DNA of 64,000 nt from Candidatus Sumerlaeaceae bacterium. GTDB taxonomy: Bacteria > Sumerlaeota > Sumerlaeia > Sumerlaeales > Sumerlaeaceae. Position numbers and translations under genes: made by a program. Below the pieces are notes generated by a model. That model searched no databases and had not been told where the DNA came from. It saw only the letters and a list, made by a program, of their open reading frames with translations. The stretch lies in contig JBPCLP010000030.1 of assembly GCA_051003195.1 (NCBI GenBank), forward strand, positions 32,001 to 96,000, given 5' to 3'. The number at the start of each line of letters is the position of its first letter. The stretch's first letter is position 1. Below are positions 37,225-48,025 of this stretch, one piece after another.

Positions 37225-38886
37225 TCACCGCGCTGCCGAGTAGCGAGCAACCCGAACTTTTCCATACTGGCCGAGATGCTGAAGTTTATCTGTGCCGGCC
37301 TTCGGAATGTTAAAGTGCATGAGCATTTTCTCGAGAGTTCCGTCGCTTGCGGCAAGCAGGTAAACGGTGGGCACTCGCTGGCAGAGATCACGCGGCGCAA
37401 TGTCGTATGAGATGGGCTGTTGCCGGCCCGCGCGATAGGCATAGTAATCGAGCGCGACTGCGTCCGCGTCTGTCTCATGTACGATTACTGATTGCGGGCG
37501 GTTGTCTCCTACGACCGCCGCGATGGCCTGGTCGGGACGATGGTCGCGCCAAACGGCGGACATGCTTCGCCACCCGTTGCCCATCGCCAGCAGCGCAAGT
37601 ACTCCCACGGCAATCCGGCTCGGCCACGCTGCGGAAACTGGTGGTGTGTCCTTCTCCTGCGACGGTGCGATGCCGAATTTGATCACGTGATTGAACATCA
37701 GCGACGCTCCGATGACAGACCAGGCCCCGAGTATGGCAAATGCAGGTGCGGCTATTGTGAAGTTCCGCGAGAATGCAGACGTGGACGTGAACGCGGCCAG
37801 CGGGACGCAAAGCCACACGATTGGGACTGCCAGTAAAAGCGTATGTCGGGCAAAGCTGTTGCCGCGCAGCGCACAAATCAGAACTGTGGTCGTGCCTGCA
37901 ATTACCATGGCCCAGTTCAGCCATACACCCGGCAGAGGACCGGCTCCTTCTGCGAGTAATTGCGCATGCGTTCTGAGGGCGCTCAGGAAGTCGTGGAAAC
38001 TTGTGGTGCGATGTGTATTCTGTGCCTGAAGTTGCACCCAGACACGGGTCCAGCACAGGAGTGCCAGCGCCAGCGCCGCGGGAGCGGTGACGAGAGCTGA
38101 AAAAAGTGCGCGATTGCCGATGACACGACGCCATATGGGCCTGTGAGCATCTGCATCCGTTGCGCGGGGTCGCTGAGGAGCGGTCGGCGTTGGTTGTTGC
38201 GAGAGCCAAGTCGTCACAGCGGCGAGGGCGAGAAGCGCGGTTCCGAAAATGAGTGGCAGCAGGAACCAGATGTTTGTCGGCAGAGTATATTGCGCCAGGA
38301 ACACTGCGCTACCGAGCAAAGCCACGACAGTATACCAGCGCATCGAGCTGCTATACGCAATTACCGTTAGTGCGACGGTGATGTAGGCAATGCACGGCAT
38401 GTAGCCGCGCAACTGGAATGAGTGGTAGGCGACTACCGGCGCGGAAATGAGCAGTAATGACACGAGTGACGCCACGACCACATCACGCGACACGAGTTTT
38501 CTCGCCAGAAGGAAGCCTGCGCCGCACGCGACAAATGCAGCCAGGACTACGGGCAAACGCAGCAGGTAGAGAGATGGCTTCAGGTACTCGCGTGGCCCGA
38601 TGACATCCAGCACAAACATCCATACGCGCAGTAGCAGGGTAAATCCTATGTGGTTATTGGGGAGATCGTACGTGGTCGCGATATGGTGAAACGAAGTGCT
38701 GGCATACTCGCGCAACGTATAGTGTTCGTCATAGATGATGGGCAGCGCAGCGTTGATGAGCGGAAACAGCGCGGCCATCACAAGAATTGCTGTCGCAAGC
38801 ATCCAGTCGGTCGTGGAAGCCGACGATCTTTGCTTCGCCGCCTGCTTGCTTTGCGAACGTCGCGGCACGGGCCGCTGCCTGGCCAC
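37225..38886 (-). CDS. Multi-TM GT-C-like glycosyltransferase
   Basis: YDEHYT acidic loop, PNNH, LLRLP, QLRGY; many TM helices. Confidence 0.7.
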   Translation of the reverse strand: MARQRPVPRRSQSKQAAKQRSSASTTDWMLATAILVMAALFPLINAALPIIYDEHYTLREYASTSFHHIATTYDLPNNHIGFTLLLRVWMFVLDVIGPREYLKPSLYLLRLPVVLAAFVACGAGFLLARKLVSRDVVVASLVSLLLISAPVVAYHSFQLRGYMPCIAYITVALTVIAYSSSMRWYTVVALLGSAVFLAQYTLPTNIWFLLPLIFGTALLALAAVTTWLSQQPTPTAPQRPRATDADAHRPIWRRVIGNRALFSALVTAPAALALALLCWTRVWVQLQAQNTHRTTSFHDFLSALRTHAQLLAEGAGPLPGVWLNWAMVIAGTTTVLICALRGNSFARHTLLLAVPIVWLCVPLAAFTSTSAFSRNFTIAAPAFAILGAWSVIGASLMFNHVIKFGIAPSQEKDTPPVSAAWPSRIAVGVLALLAMGNGWRSMSAVWRDHRPDQAIAAVVGDNRPQSVIVHETDADAVALDYYAYRAGRQQPISYDIAPRDLCQRVPTVYLLAASDGTLEKMLMHFNIPKAGTDKLQHLGQYGKVRVARYSAAR

Positions 38887-39990
38887 TTATGCGATGCGCT
38901 TTTGGAATCGTGCGGCGCTGAGCGTTACGAGTACGACCGCGAAACCAGCAAGTGCCAGCGTTTGCGGCCAGAGCGCCCACAGACCTGCGCCCCTGAGAAT
39001 GATTCCGCGCAGGATCTGGACATAATAGGTCACTGGAATTGCCCACCCGATGGCGCGAATGACGGCAGGCATGGTCTCGCGGGGAAATGCGAAACCCGAG
39101 AGAAGAACGGAGGGCAGCATGATGAGCAGTGAAAGCTGCATTGCCTGCGCCTGGTTTATGGCGACGGTGGAGATGAGAATTCCGAGCGCGAGGCTTGGCA
39201 GCAGGAATAACGCGGACAAGCTGAGTAGCAGAAAAACGTCCCCTTCAATGTGTACCCCGAAAACAAAACGCATAAGCGTGAGCACCAGAAGCGTCTGTAA
39301 CATGCCGATGACCGCATACGGAATAAGCTTTCCGAGAATCAGCGCAGACTTGCTGACCGGTGTGACCGCGAGTTGTTCCAATGTGCCGCGTTCGCGTTCG
39401 CGTACAATTGCGAATGCAGTCAGCATCACCGTGACAAGCTGTAGAATGATGCCCACGAGACCGGGCACGTAAAAATGCGAGCTAATTAAATCGGGATTAA
39501 ATAAGACGCGTGGGCGCACGTCGACGGGCGCAGCATCGAGTTGAATCCCGGAAACCAGGCGCGACTCGATCTCGGCAACGCCGCGACCGGTCTGCACCGC
39601 GTTCATGGCGACGGTGCTGTCCGACCCGTCGACGAGAAGCTGTACATTCGCCTGCTGCCCACGCAGGCGATCGGCGCTGTAATCCGGCGGTACGATGATG
39701 GCGACACGAGCGGTGCCGGCAATGATGCGCCGGCGAGCTTCGGCCTCGCTTGGCACTTCGCCCACGATGTCGAACGAGCCTGTGTTTTGAAAGCGCTCGA
39801 CAAGTCGACGGCTTTCGGTGCTGCGATCGAGGTCGCATACGACCGAGCGGATGTGCTGGACATCAAGATCGATGGCGAAACCAAAGATCATAGTCTGGAT
39901 GACGGGCACCATGAAGACGAACCGCGTGCTGGGATCGCGGCGCACCTGCAACAATTCCTTGTAGATTATAGCGAGCAGCCCGCGCAGCAT
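38887..39990 (-). CDS. ABC-2 type permease
   Basis: KELLQVRRD, IVRERERGTLEQL..TP, GKLIPY, LLSGFAFP. Confidence 0.93.
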   Translation of the reverse strand: MLRGLLAIIYKELLQVRRDPSTRFVFMVPVIQTMIFGFAIDLDVQHIRSVVCDLDRSTESRRLVERFQNTGSFDIVGEVPSEAEARRRIIAGTARVAIIVPPDYSADRLRGQQANVQLLVDGSDSTVAMNAVQTGRGVAEIESRLVSGIQLDAAPVDVRPRVLFNPDLISSHFYVPGLVGIILQLVTVMLTAFAIVRERERGTLEQLAVTPVSKSALILGKLIPYAVIGMLQTLLVLTLMRFVFGVHIEGDVFLLLSLSALFLLPSLALGILISTVAINQAQAMQLSLLIMLPSVLLSGFAFPRETMPAVIRAIGWAIPVTYYVQILRGIILRGAGLWALWPQTLALAGFAVVLVTLSAARFQKRIA

Positions 39991-40970
39991 CAGGCCGAAG
40001 CCCTGGCGCGCACGCCGGCGCTGGATGCTTCGATCTTGCCCTCGGCAGCACGGCGACGCGTCAGCATTACAAAGACGTCTTCCAGTGTCGGTTCGATCTG
40101 CCGGATTTCCTTCGGCCCAAGCTTCTCCGCCTCCAGAAATTGCCGAATGTTATCTTCTGTAAGTTCCTTGCGCGCGAGCAAGTGAATGGAGTGCCCGAAT
40201 AATGTAGCATCGACGACACCGTCGAGTTCGCGCAAGGCCACCAATGCGCGACGGCTTTCACCCACTTCCACTTCAAGGCGGCGCGTTTGTTCCGGCGTCA
40301 CCTCGGGCAACTCTTTGAGTTCGGACGGTTTGCCGAGCACGATCAGCTTGCTGAGGTAAATGTACCCGACATCGGTGCAACGCTCCGCTTCGTCCATGTA
40401 ATGCGTTGTGACAAACAAAGTGGTTCCCGCGCTCGACAATCGAAACAGCAAATCCCAAAGATCGCGACGTGCAACCGGGTCGATACCGGCGGTTGGCTCA
40501 TCGAGAAAAATAATCCGGGGTTCGTGCAGCAGTGCGCACGCAACAGCGAGGCGCTGCTTCCAGCCACCGGACAGGCGACCGGCAAGGCGCGACGTGTAGG
40601 GTTCGAGCTCAAGCAGATCGATGACGTCGGCTCGGCGTTGACGCAAGCGCTCTGCAGTGAGCCCGTAAACGCGGCCGAAGAAGTGGATGTTCTCGTCCAC
40701 GGACAGGTCCTCGTAGAGGCTGAACTTCTGCGAGGTATAACCAATACGTTCTTTTATGGCTTCCGGCCGTCGCACCACGTCGATACCATCGAGGATGGCC
40801 GTGCCGCTGCTGGGAGCAAGCAATCCGCAGAGCATGCGAATGACCGTGGATTTCCCGCTGCCGTTGGGACCCAGAAAACCGAATATGGATCCCGGTTCTA
40901 TATTAAAACTTACGTCGTCGACAGCCGTGAAATTACCGAAACGGCGCGTCAGTCCCTGGGCCGAGATCAT
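39990..40970 (-). CDS. ABC transporter ATP-binding protein
   Basis: GPNGSGKST, LSGGWKQR, LDEPTAGIDP, TTHYMDEAE. Confidence 0.95.
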   Translation of the reverse strand: MISAQGLTRRFGNFTAVDDVSFNIEPGSIFGFLGPNGSGKSTVIRMLCGLLAPSSGTAILDGIDVVRRPEAIKERIGYTSQKFSLYEDLSVDENIHFFGRVYGLTAERLRQRRADVIDLLELEPYTSRLAGRLSGGWKQRLAVACALLHEPRIIFLDEPTAGIDPVARRDLWDLLFRLSSAGTTLFVTTHYMDEAERCTDVGYIYLSKLIVLGKPSELKELPEVTPEQTRRLEVEVGESRRALVALRELDGVVDATLFGHSIHLLARKELTEDNIRQFLEAEKLGPKEIRQIEPTLEDVFVMLTRRRAAEGKIEASSAGVRARASA

Positions 40971-41085
40971 GTGAATGTGACGGAACAGTTTGAGAATTTA
41001 GAAATAAGGACTCTTCCGCGCGGCTGATTACCTGCATACAATTGTCCGCACCTGTTTAGCCGGTGCATTGCAGGTTTAACACGCT

Positions 41086-42219
41086 TCACTTTACATGCAC
41101 ATCCGCGTACATGCCTGCGCGGAGGCGTTCGGGGCTATCGATTACATCAACTTTCATTTCGAAAACCAGTTCGCTGCGTTTCTCTGTTGTCTGGACGTTC
41201 CTTGGCGTGAACTCCGCGTCGCTGGCGAGCCGGCGTACCTTGCCTCGCAGCCGTTCACCGGGTATCGAATCCACTGTGACAGCTACTTCCTGGCCCGGCT
41301 TCACTTCTGCCAGCCGGTTTTCAGGGACAAAGCAGCGCACATACGGCGCTCTTCGAAGGTTAAGCACGGCGATCGTTTCACCCGGCTTTACGAGGTCGCC
41401 AACTTTGAGGTCGAGTGTTTCGACCATCGCGTCAGCGGGGGCGGTGATTTTCATTTCGGCAAGCTGGCTTTCAAAGCGCGCAACATTTGCCCGCGCAGAA
41501 TCCACCGCAGCTCGTTGTGCGGCAATCTCCTCGGGTCGTGGGCCGTTCTTTAACCGCATCTGGTCGGCGCGTGCCTGTGCGAGCTGGGCCTCGGCGCGCG
41601 TAATCTCCTCGGGCCGGCTACCGCTCTGCATCAGGGCCGCACGCTGAGTCGCCGCGTTCACCCTGGCTTTTGCTGTCTCCACTGCACTTCTCGCCTTATC
41701 GAACTCACTTTGGTCGATAGTGCGTGTTTTGAACAGCGCCTGCGTCCGATCGAATTCCCTCTGCGCGAGTGCCTGCTCACTTTGTGCGCTGGCAAGCTGT
41801 GCGGCCGCCTCGCGCACTTCTTCTTCACGGAATCCTTTGCGCCTCATGTCGAGTTCGGCAAGAGTTGCACTGACGACGGCGTCGGCTCGCATAATGTCCT
41901 CGGCACGTGTGCCTGCCAGCAGCAGGTCGAGTTGAGCCTGCGCCTGCGCCTGGGCCGCTTTTGCCTGGTCTCGTTGTGCGACGAGTTCCTGGTCCTCGAG
42001 CGAGACCACCGGCTCGCCCGCTTTTACCGACTGGCTTTCTTCGTAATGGAGCTTCGCCACACGTCCGCCAACTTTAGATCCAATGTGGATGGAATCGACT
42101 TCAACGCGGCCGCTGACTACCAGGCCGGTGTGTTCACTCTTGTTGCACGCGCTACATAGCACGACAACTGCCGGCAGCAGAAGAAGGCGTCGGCAAATCC
42201 GCAGAATATCCGCTCTCAT
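41086..42219 (-). CDS. HlyD-family periplasmic adaptor
   Basis: SGRVE, SKVGGRV, coiled-coil hairpin, AEFTPRNVQT; lipobox LCSAC; start uncertain. Confidence 0.9.
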   Translation of the reverse strand: MRADILRICRRLLLLPAVVVLCSACNKSEHTGLVVSGRVEVDSIHIGSKVGGRVAKLHYEESQSVKAGEPVVSLEDQELVAQRDQAKAAQAQAQAQLDLLLAGTRAEDIMRADAVVSATLAELDMRRKGFREEEVREAAAQLASAQSEQALAQREFDRTQALFKTRTIDQSEFDKARSAVETAKARVNAATQRAALMQSGSRPEEITRAEAQLAQARADQMRLKNGPRPEEIAAQRAAVDSARANVARFESQLAEMKITAPADAMVETLDLKVGDLVKPGETIAVLNLRRAPYVRCFVPENRLAEVKPGQEVAVTVDSIPGERLRGKVRRLASDAEFTPRNVQTTEKRSELVFEMKVDVIDSPERLRAGMYADVHVK

Positions 42220-42292
42220 GAACCACATGTTCAAAGCCCACAAAAGCCTCGTCAAAGCTTTCCGTGTCGCAATGCGCTGTAACCCTCGGAGT

Positions 42293-43582
42293 TTAAAGCT
42301 TTATAAGCGCGCCCTGGCCGGCGGTCAGCCAAAGTGAAACCTCCTGCTCGAGCGGCACGAGCGATCCGTCCGCCGGCGAAACTTGCTGCGGCCAGGCGTC
42401 CTGTTGCATTAACGTCACCTGGAATTTGGCGGACTGCTCAAGGCTTAGGTTCACCACCATGATGTACTTGCTGGCATCGGGGCCGTCGAATTCGCCGATC
42501 ATCAGGGGGGCTTCGCACTGCGCGCTCTCTACAAGTTGTCCGGGCAGTAGCGGCAAATCCGCGACGGGCGCAGGCGACGTAAAGTACACACCCGTGTTCT
42601 TTAGCTTTCGCATGTGCGAACCGATCACCTGGAGCTGCTCGTTCACCATTTTGAGGTAGCTCCATGTCTGCGTTTTGTGACCCTGCTTGTCGACAGCCGC
42701 GTACGCGTAACCTTTCTGATAGTATGTGAACCATGTGACGCCCTGTCCACCTGCAGCCAAGGTCGTATACGCTTGGAATAGCAGGTTCGCGGGCGAAGGT
42801 ACGGGGGTGTACGGACGGATGCGGTTACCCGAGACAATGTTCCAGAACGGTAGATGGTGCTTCTGTGCGACACGCCGCACAGCCATAAGATTGCGGTAGT
42901 AGCTCACCGTTGCCGTTGAAATCTTGAGGTCGTTCGACATCTGTACTCGATAATTGTCGTAGCTGATGAACTGTGGCTTTACCTCGGTGACATAGCGTTC
43001 GAGGTATTCTTCGTAGCTGTCTGTTTCGAGCTGCGACATGCTGGTGTTGTTGATGGTGGCATAGTCTGGATACAAATTAATGTAAGCGAGCTTTCCGGGA
43101 GCGAGCTTCCGCACAGCATCGACTGCTTTACCCAGCGCTTGGAACTGCGATGCTCCGGGCTCGTCGGTAAGCAGGTAACCCAGCACTGCGCTGCTTGCTT
43201 CTGAATCATCGACCATCTTCTTCACATAGCTGGTTATATCATCATCCGAGAGTCCGGCCCACTTTTTGTTCGCCCGGTCATATGCTACGATCGCTTTTAG
43301 TCCGAGTTTTTCGCATTCGGGCAACAAGCTGGGGCGCACGAATGCGGCGACGGTGAACCCACAGTCGGCGAGGCTCTTAAGTCCATGATCCGGATCCTCC
43401 CAGTACTCCTGGTCCTGAGGAGTGGATTCCCACGGTGTGATTGGAAAAAAGTCGGCCGGAATGTCCCAGTCGGGCAACGAGGTCAAAGATGCCGCTGCAG
43501 TGGTCTGCTCTTGAGCAGCCACTGAACCAGGAAGCGAAAACCACAACATGCTGGAGCACGCAAAAAGGATATGTTTTAACAT
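42293..43582 (-). CDS. Secreted putative glycoside hydrolase (TIM-barrel-like)
   Basis: Signal peptide; GYLLTDEP, YINLYP, ISYDNY, LAAGGQGVTWFTY. Confidence 0.65.
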   Translation of the reverse strand: MLKHILFACSSMLWFSLPGSVAAQEQTTAAASLTSLPDWDIPADFFPITPWESTPQDQEYWEDPDHGLKSLADCGFTVAAFVRPSLLPECEKLGLKAIVAYDRANKKWAGLSDDDITSYVKKMVDDSEASSAVLGYLLTDEPGASQFQALGKAVDAVRKLAPGKLAYINLYPDYATINNTSMSQLETDSYEEYLERYVTEVKPQFISYDNYRVQMSNDLKISTATVSYYRNLMAVRRVAQKHHLPFWNIVSGNRIRPYTPVPSPANLLFQAYTTLAAGGQGVTWFTYYQKGYAYAAVDKQGHKTQTWSYLKMVNEQLQVIGSHMRKLKNTGVYFTSPAPVADLPLLPGQLVESAQCEAPLMIGEFDGPDASKYIMVVNLSLEQSAKFQVTLMQQDAWPQQVSPADGSLVPLEQEVSLWLTAGQGALIKL

Positions 43583-43678
43583 GGAGACCTCAATGTAAGA
43601 ATTGGTGGACGGGACTGCCCCGACTGACGAAGGGCTGACACAGAATGCAACACATACCAGCTTAGTTAAATATCCTGA

Positions 43679-44458
43679 TTAATAATGCGCTGACTGCAAA
43701 AAAGCCGCGAAATCTTCAACTCGTTTTGACTGCGGCGGTGGTGAAAACTGGAATGCCGAAAGTGGTGATTTGCTGTTGAGATCCCAGCGATAGTTCACAC
43801 GCACATCAACTTTTGCGGGAACTGCAATGGTTTCGGATTGCGGTAACGGCAAGGCTCTGGCGCGGAGGACCAGCTCCCGGTTGTTATGTGTGAGAATATG
43901 GAACCTTCCGCCTGATGTCGTCAGTGTGCGTACGTGACCGGTGCGTTCCATCTGCATGTGATCGTAGGGCGTGAGTTTCTCGGTAAATAAGTAGCCGGTC
44001 AACTGACCGGGCATAGACTGTGCCAGCAAGCTGAGCGTTGCCGTAAGTGCGTCATTGCGTTTAACTGTCCCTTCTACAGAATGCTTTGTTATTGCATCAT
44101 ACCCTCTAACACTGACACCATCAAAGCAGACCAGAAGATCCATGTACTTCGTTTCGGTACCGCGCGTGTCTACTCGCGCGATGTGTATTCGAAGTTTATC
44201 GGCGTCCACGCGAATGATTTCAACCGTCGCAGAACTGTTGTCCTGACGTCCGCGGTAGGTTATGCTTGTGACGGAGTCGACGTCGAGTTTGTAGTGGCGC
44301 AAACGACTAAATTGCGTATGCATCGATTTGAGCATGTACAATGCGCTGGTGGTGGGTGTCTGGCTTGAGGACTCATCGACGGCAGACCCGCATGAGCTCG
44401 AAACAAGCATGCAGCTCAGCGACACCACTGCTATAGTAAGCGCTTTAATTCTGACCAC
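43679..44458 (-). CDS. Putative lipoprotein, LolA-like fold
   Basis: Hydrophobic N-terminus ending SSC; VCFDG..YD; C-terminal FQFSPP.....V. Start uncertain. Confidence 0.55.
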   Translation of the reverse strand: MVRIKALTIAVVSLSCMLVSSSCGSAVDESSSQTPTTSALYMLKSMHTQFSRLRHYKLDVDSVTSITYRGRQDNSSATVEIIRVDADKLRIHIARVDTRGTETKYMDLLVCFDGVSVRGYDAITKHSVEGTVKRNDALTATLSLLAQSMPGQLTGYLFTEKLTPYDHMQMERTGHVRTLTTSGGRFHILTHNNRELVLRARALPLPQSETIAVPAKVDVRVNYRWDLNSKSPLSAFQFSPPPQSKRVEDFAAFLQSAHY

Positions 44459-44466
44459 CCACCGCT

Positions 44467-45969
44467 TTAATCCTGAGGCCTCCGCAGTCGCAGGCTGCGC
44501 AACGCTAAACCGATATCCCGTGTGGTAGTCGCAGATTGCGCGCCGGTTATTTGCGGCTGCTCGATGCACAGTTCGATAACACGCTCAGCGCACTGGACAG
44601 GTAACGTGATGTGTTTCCAGCCGCCTCGCTCCAGTTTCAGAGTCAGGGGTACCTCGTTAAGCTGGATTTCTGGCGACAGGTCAGACATCACGTCTGCACA
44701 GTATTCAAGCTGCAGATGCGTGCAGCCGTTTGGATTTTTCAGGTAAGCAGTAAAAGAACTGAGAAGATACCTGCCTGTCTTTCCACTAATGACTTCTGGC
44801 GCTCGCACGCCACGAACCGCGAGGCGGTTGACGTTCTGATCCGCGAGTTCCAGTTCCGAAAGCAGCAGGTCAGCCGGCACAAATTGCCGAAGTATCCTTT
44901 TCGCCACGGCTGGATCCTTACGCAGTTGCACCAGCACATCCGCTGCGGCAGATGAAGGTACGGTATTGGGTAAAGTCTGTCGGTGCCCCGAAGGCACGTC
45001 CCGCAGCTTGCGGGCGTATAAGTTCATACAGCCAGCCGTAAGACTGAGCAGGACTGACAGAGGTCCGTGTACGATTCGCTTCGGAAGCCAGGCATTCAGA
45101 TCCCCCGGAATGCGCAGCCGATTCATCCACCGAAGCGCACGAAAGCCCAGGCTTATGTAGTAGCACTGCACCTGTGTTTGACCGAAACCTCCTGCCTTCA
45201 GACCGCGCCGATACTTGTAGAAGTACGGTCGCGTTTCATGCATGCCCTCCTCATAATCCAGGTCCCCTTCGCTGTACTCGGCGGCCCGGTCCAGAACGGA
45301 TGCAAGCGGCTCGGCAATCAGCAGCAGTTGACCGCCGGGTTTCAGAACCCGGTTTGCTTCGCGCATAAAGCGGGGGAGGTCGAACAGATGATGCGCGACG
45401 GCCCGCAGCACCACGTAATCGAAGAACGCATCCGGAAACGGCAGGTAATCCGCGTCCGCAATGGCGCGTTGGAACAGGGGAGTAGTCATAGGGGTTCCAC
45501 GAAGAATCTGGTAGAAGTCTTTGCCTTCAAGGTCGGCAAACGCCATCCATCGCACGTCATCGTGCAAATCAAACAAGTTCATATCGACGGCCCATACCTG
45601 CGCGCCGCGCTCAGCGAACTTCTGGCTTACTTCGCCGCAGCCTGCGCCTACATCCAGGATTCTCGGTGCGCGACTGAAGTCAACCTGGCTTGTTGCCTGC
45701 TCAAAGTACGCCGTGAGATTCTTAAAGAGTGTGGCACCCGTCTGCTGGTGCGCCGCAATGCGGTCGCGCTCGACTGCGCCCGACTTTAGCTTTGCGCAGA
45801 AATCCCGGTACAGCACGACTTCGCGCAGCTTCAAGTACCAGTCTTCGCCATAAAAAACAAGGTAGGGAACACCGTCAACCACAGGGTAATCGAGCTTGCA
45901 TTGCGTGCAGTGCAGAAAGGCGTCAGCGAGCTCGAGCTTACCAACGCAGCGGGGACAAACGTAGTCCAT
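44467..45969 (-). CDS. Class I SAM methyltransferase with N-terminal Trm112-like Zn knuckle
   Basis: CPRC..CTQC..YPVVDGVP; ILDVGAGCG; LPFPDAFFD; RVLKPGG. Confidence 0.85.
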   Translation of the reverse strand: MDYVCPRCVGKLELADAFLHCTQCKLDYPVVDGVPYLVFYGEDWYLKLREVVLYRDFCAKLKSGAVERDRIAAHQQTGATLFKNLTAYFEQATSQVDFSRAPRILDVGAGCGEVSQKFAERGAQVWAVDMNLFDLHDDVRWMAFADLEGKDFYQILRGTPMTTPLFQRAIADADYLPFPDAFFDYVVLRAVAHHLFDLPRFMREANRVLKPGGQLLLIAEPLASVLDRAAEYSEGDLDYEEGMHETRPYFYKYRRGLKAGGFGQTQVQCYYISLGFRALRWMNRLRIPGDLNAWLPKRIVHGPLSVLLSLTAGCMNLYARKLRDVPSGHRQTLPNTVPSSAAADVLVQLRKDPAVAKRILRQFVPADLLLSELELADQNVNRLAVRGVRAPEVISGKTGRYLLSSFTAYLKNPNGCTHLQLEYCADVMSDLSPEIQLNEVPLTLKLERGGWKHITLPVQCAERVIELCIEQPQITGAQSATTTRDIGLALRSLRLRRPQD

Positions 45970-46017
45970 TGCCGAGCTCAAGAACTGGCCAATGGAGAGA
46001 AAGGCGGGGAAGAAGAA

Positions 46018-46094
<77 letters not shown>

Positions 46095-46179
46095 GCAAAA
46101 CGTTTTCGATATACGGACTGCCATGTGCTTCATTCGCCGCTTCGCCACCTTTTCTGGCGAAAAGTTTTTGGAGAGCGAA

Positions 46180-46255
46180 TGGTGGGTGGGACAGGGATCG
46201 AACCTGCGACCCCCAGCTTGTAAGGCTGGTGCTCTACCGGTTGAGCTACCCACCC
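46180..46255 (-). tRNA. tRNA-Val(TAC)
   Basis: GGGTGGGTAGCTCAACCGGTAGAGCACCAGCCTTACAAGCTGG...GTTCGAT...CCCACCCACCA. Confidence 0.97.
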
Positions 46256-46349
46256 CAAATGCGAACTACATTGCAACAGGGGAAGTGCAAAATTCACACA
46301 GCAACTGCGCGTGCGAGCCGGGTTGAGGCCCGGCTTGCAGCGGCTGAAG

Positions 46350-46745
46350 TTATTCTCCTGCGGCGAACGGAAGAAGCGCAACCACCCGCGCCCGCTTAAT
46401 TGCAACGGTCAGCATGCGCTGGTGTGTCGCGCAATTGCCGGTGATGCGACGGGGGAGAAGCTTGCCACGCTCAGTGATAAACTTCCGGATGCGCTTGGTG
46501 TCCTTGTAGTCGATGTAATCGAGCTTATCCACGCAAAAGGCACAGACCTTACGACGCGGGAAACGCTTGCCACCCATGGGACGTCGCGGCGCAAAACCGG
46601 TTTGCTGCCCCTGGTAGGGAGCATGTCCACCTCCGCCTCCGCCTTCGACCGCCACAGGTGCAGCGGGTGCAGCAGGTGCCTGAGCATCTGCTACAGGCGC
46701 TTCTACTTCTGCCACATCGCCCGTCTCAATATTTTCATCTGCCAT
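46350..46745 (-). CDS. rpsR: 30S ribosomal protein S18
   Basis: [31 protein letters not shown]; long acidic/Gly N-terminal extension. Confidence 0.96.
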   Translation of the reverse strand: MADENIETGDVAEVEAPVADAQAPAAPAAPVAVEGGGGGGHAPYQGQQTGFAPRRPMGGKRFPRRKVCAFCVDKLDYIDYKDTKRIRKFITERGKLLPRRITGNCATHQRMLTVAIKRARVVALLPFAAGE

Positions 46746-46774
46746 TTTCAAAATCTCCTGATCACTACTGCTTG

Positions 46775-47311
46775 TTAGAAGGGAATATCATCATGTACTG
46801 CAGGACCGCTGTCGAAGTCCAGGTTGTCGGAAGGTGCGCCAGTGGCTGCCGGTCCGCGACGCGCCTGTTGAGTGCCGCCACGATTGCCGCCGCCGGAACC
46901 TTGCTTCGCCGAACCGCCTCCCGAATAACCGCCGCCTTCGCTTTCTTCGCCTTCGCCGCCTGATTCACCACCCTGGGCGCGACTGCCAGCATCAAAAGAC
47001 TTCACGTTATCGGCGCTGATCTTAATCTTGCTTTGCTTCTGGCCATCACGCTCCCAGGTGTCCTGCTTCAAGCGGCCCTCAACAAAGACTGGCTGACCTT
47101 TTTTCATGGTCTCGGCACACCGCTCCGCCAGTTTTGCCCAGGCCTCGACGTCGATAAACGTCGTGTCGTCGCGCCATTCCCCACTCTTGTCCTGAAACCT
47201 CCGGTTTACTGCCACCCCCAGTGTCGTCACAGCCATTCCGCTGGGCAGATACTTGGTTTCGGGGTCACGCGTCAGGCGGCCCGTGATCATCACCTTGTTG
47301 ATCGAAAGCAT
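46775..47311 (-). CDS. ssb: Single-stranded DNA-binding protein
   Basis: [21 protein letters not shown]-terminal DDIPF. Confidence 0.97.
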   Translation of the reverse strand: MLSINKVMITGRLTRDPETKYLPSGMAVTTLGVAVNRRFQDKSGEWRDDTTFIDVEAWAKLAERCAETMKKGQPVFVEGRLKQDTWERDGQKQSKIKISADNVKSFDAGSRAQGGESGGEGEESEGGGYSGGGSAKQGSGGGNRGGTQQARRGPAATGAPSDNLDFDSGPAVHDDIPF

Positions 47312-47332
47312 GAGTTCATTCCCTCCGATGTG

Positions 47333-47764
47333 TTACTGGTTGCGCGCTGAGCCGGCACTGCCTGCCGACATTGACTCATTATAGCCACGGCCTGCATTGC
47401 CATACTGAACTTCACTGGGTGCCTGTCCGGCCGGTTTCGGCTTTTTGACCTTCACCTTGCGAGGCTTTTTCGGATCCGGGTTGCGTGTAAGCATTACGCG
47501 CATCACCTTCTCGTCGAGACGCAAAGAGCGTTCAAGTTCGGCAAGCTGGGCTCCCTCGCTTGTCGCCTCAAAACTAAAAAGCGCGTAAAAGCCTTCGAGC
47601 TTCTTGTTGATCGGATAAGCCAGGCGGCGTTTGCCCCAGGGGTCCACGTTGGTTAAGGTACCGCCGCGGCGCTTGATCTGCTCCTGCGCCTTGTCCAGCT
47701 CGGCAGTGAGGTCGGCCTCTTCCAGGAACGGATCGAGAACCACCATCAATTCATACTTTGCCAT
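47333..47764 (-). CDS. rpsF: 30S ribosomal protein S6
   Basis: KYELMV, WGKRRLAYPI; rpsF-ssb-rpsR gene order. Confidence 0.96.
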   Translation of the reverse strand: MAKYELMVVLDPFLEEADLTAELDKAQEQIKRRGGTLTNVDPWGKRRLAYPINKKLEGFYALFSFEATSEGAQLAELERSLRLDEKVMRVMLTRNPDPKKPRKVKVKKPKPAGQAPSEVQYGNAGRGYNESMSAGSAGSARNQ

Positions 47765-47770
47765 GTTACT

Positions 47771-47844
47771 TCACCTCCTCTCGGTCAATGGCCGGGGAAA
47801 GTTCCGTGGCTCCCATCGAAGGGCGGAATTCACCGGCAAGGAGC
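47771..47844 (-). promoter_or_regulatory. Putative S6:S18 autoregulatory leader
   Basis: GCUCCUU-GCCGG...CCGGC-CA...AGGAGGUG: anti-SD/SD stem enclosing a hairpin, upstream of rpsF. Confidence 0.6.
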
Positions 47845-48025
47845 GGGCGTACAACACCCGCAATTGCATGGGACGTGGCTACAAAAGCGGTGCTATGGCT
47901 ATTCAGCATGCGGCAATTCAGCATAGGAATAGTCGAAGCACCGACAGATAAGTGGCTGTCAAGAACAAACGTTCTAGCGCTGCGCAGGCCACTCTAAATT
48001 ACATAGAGATGTCCACCAGCCCGTT

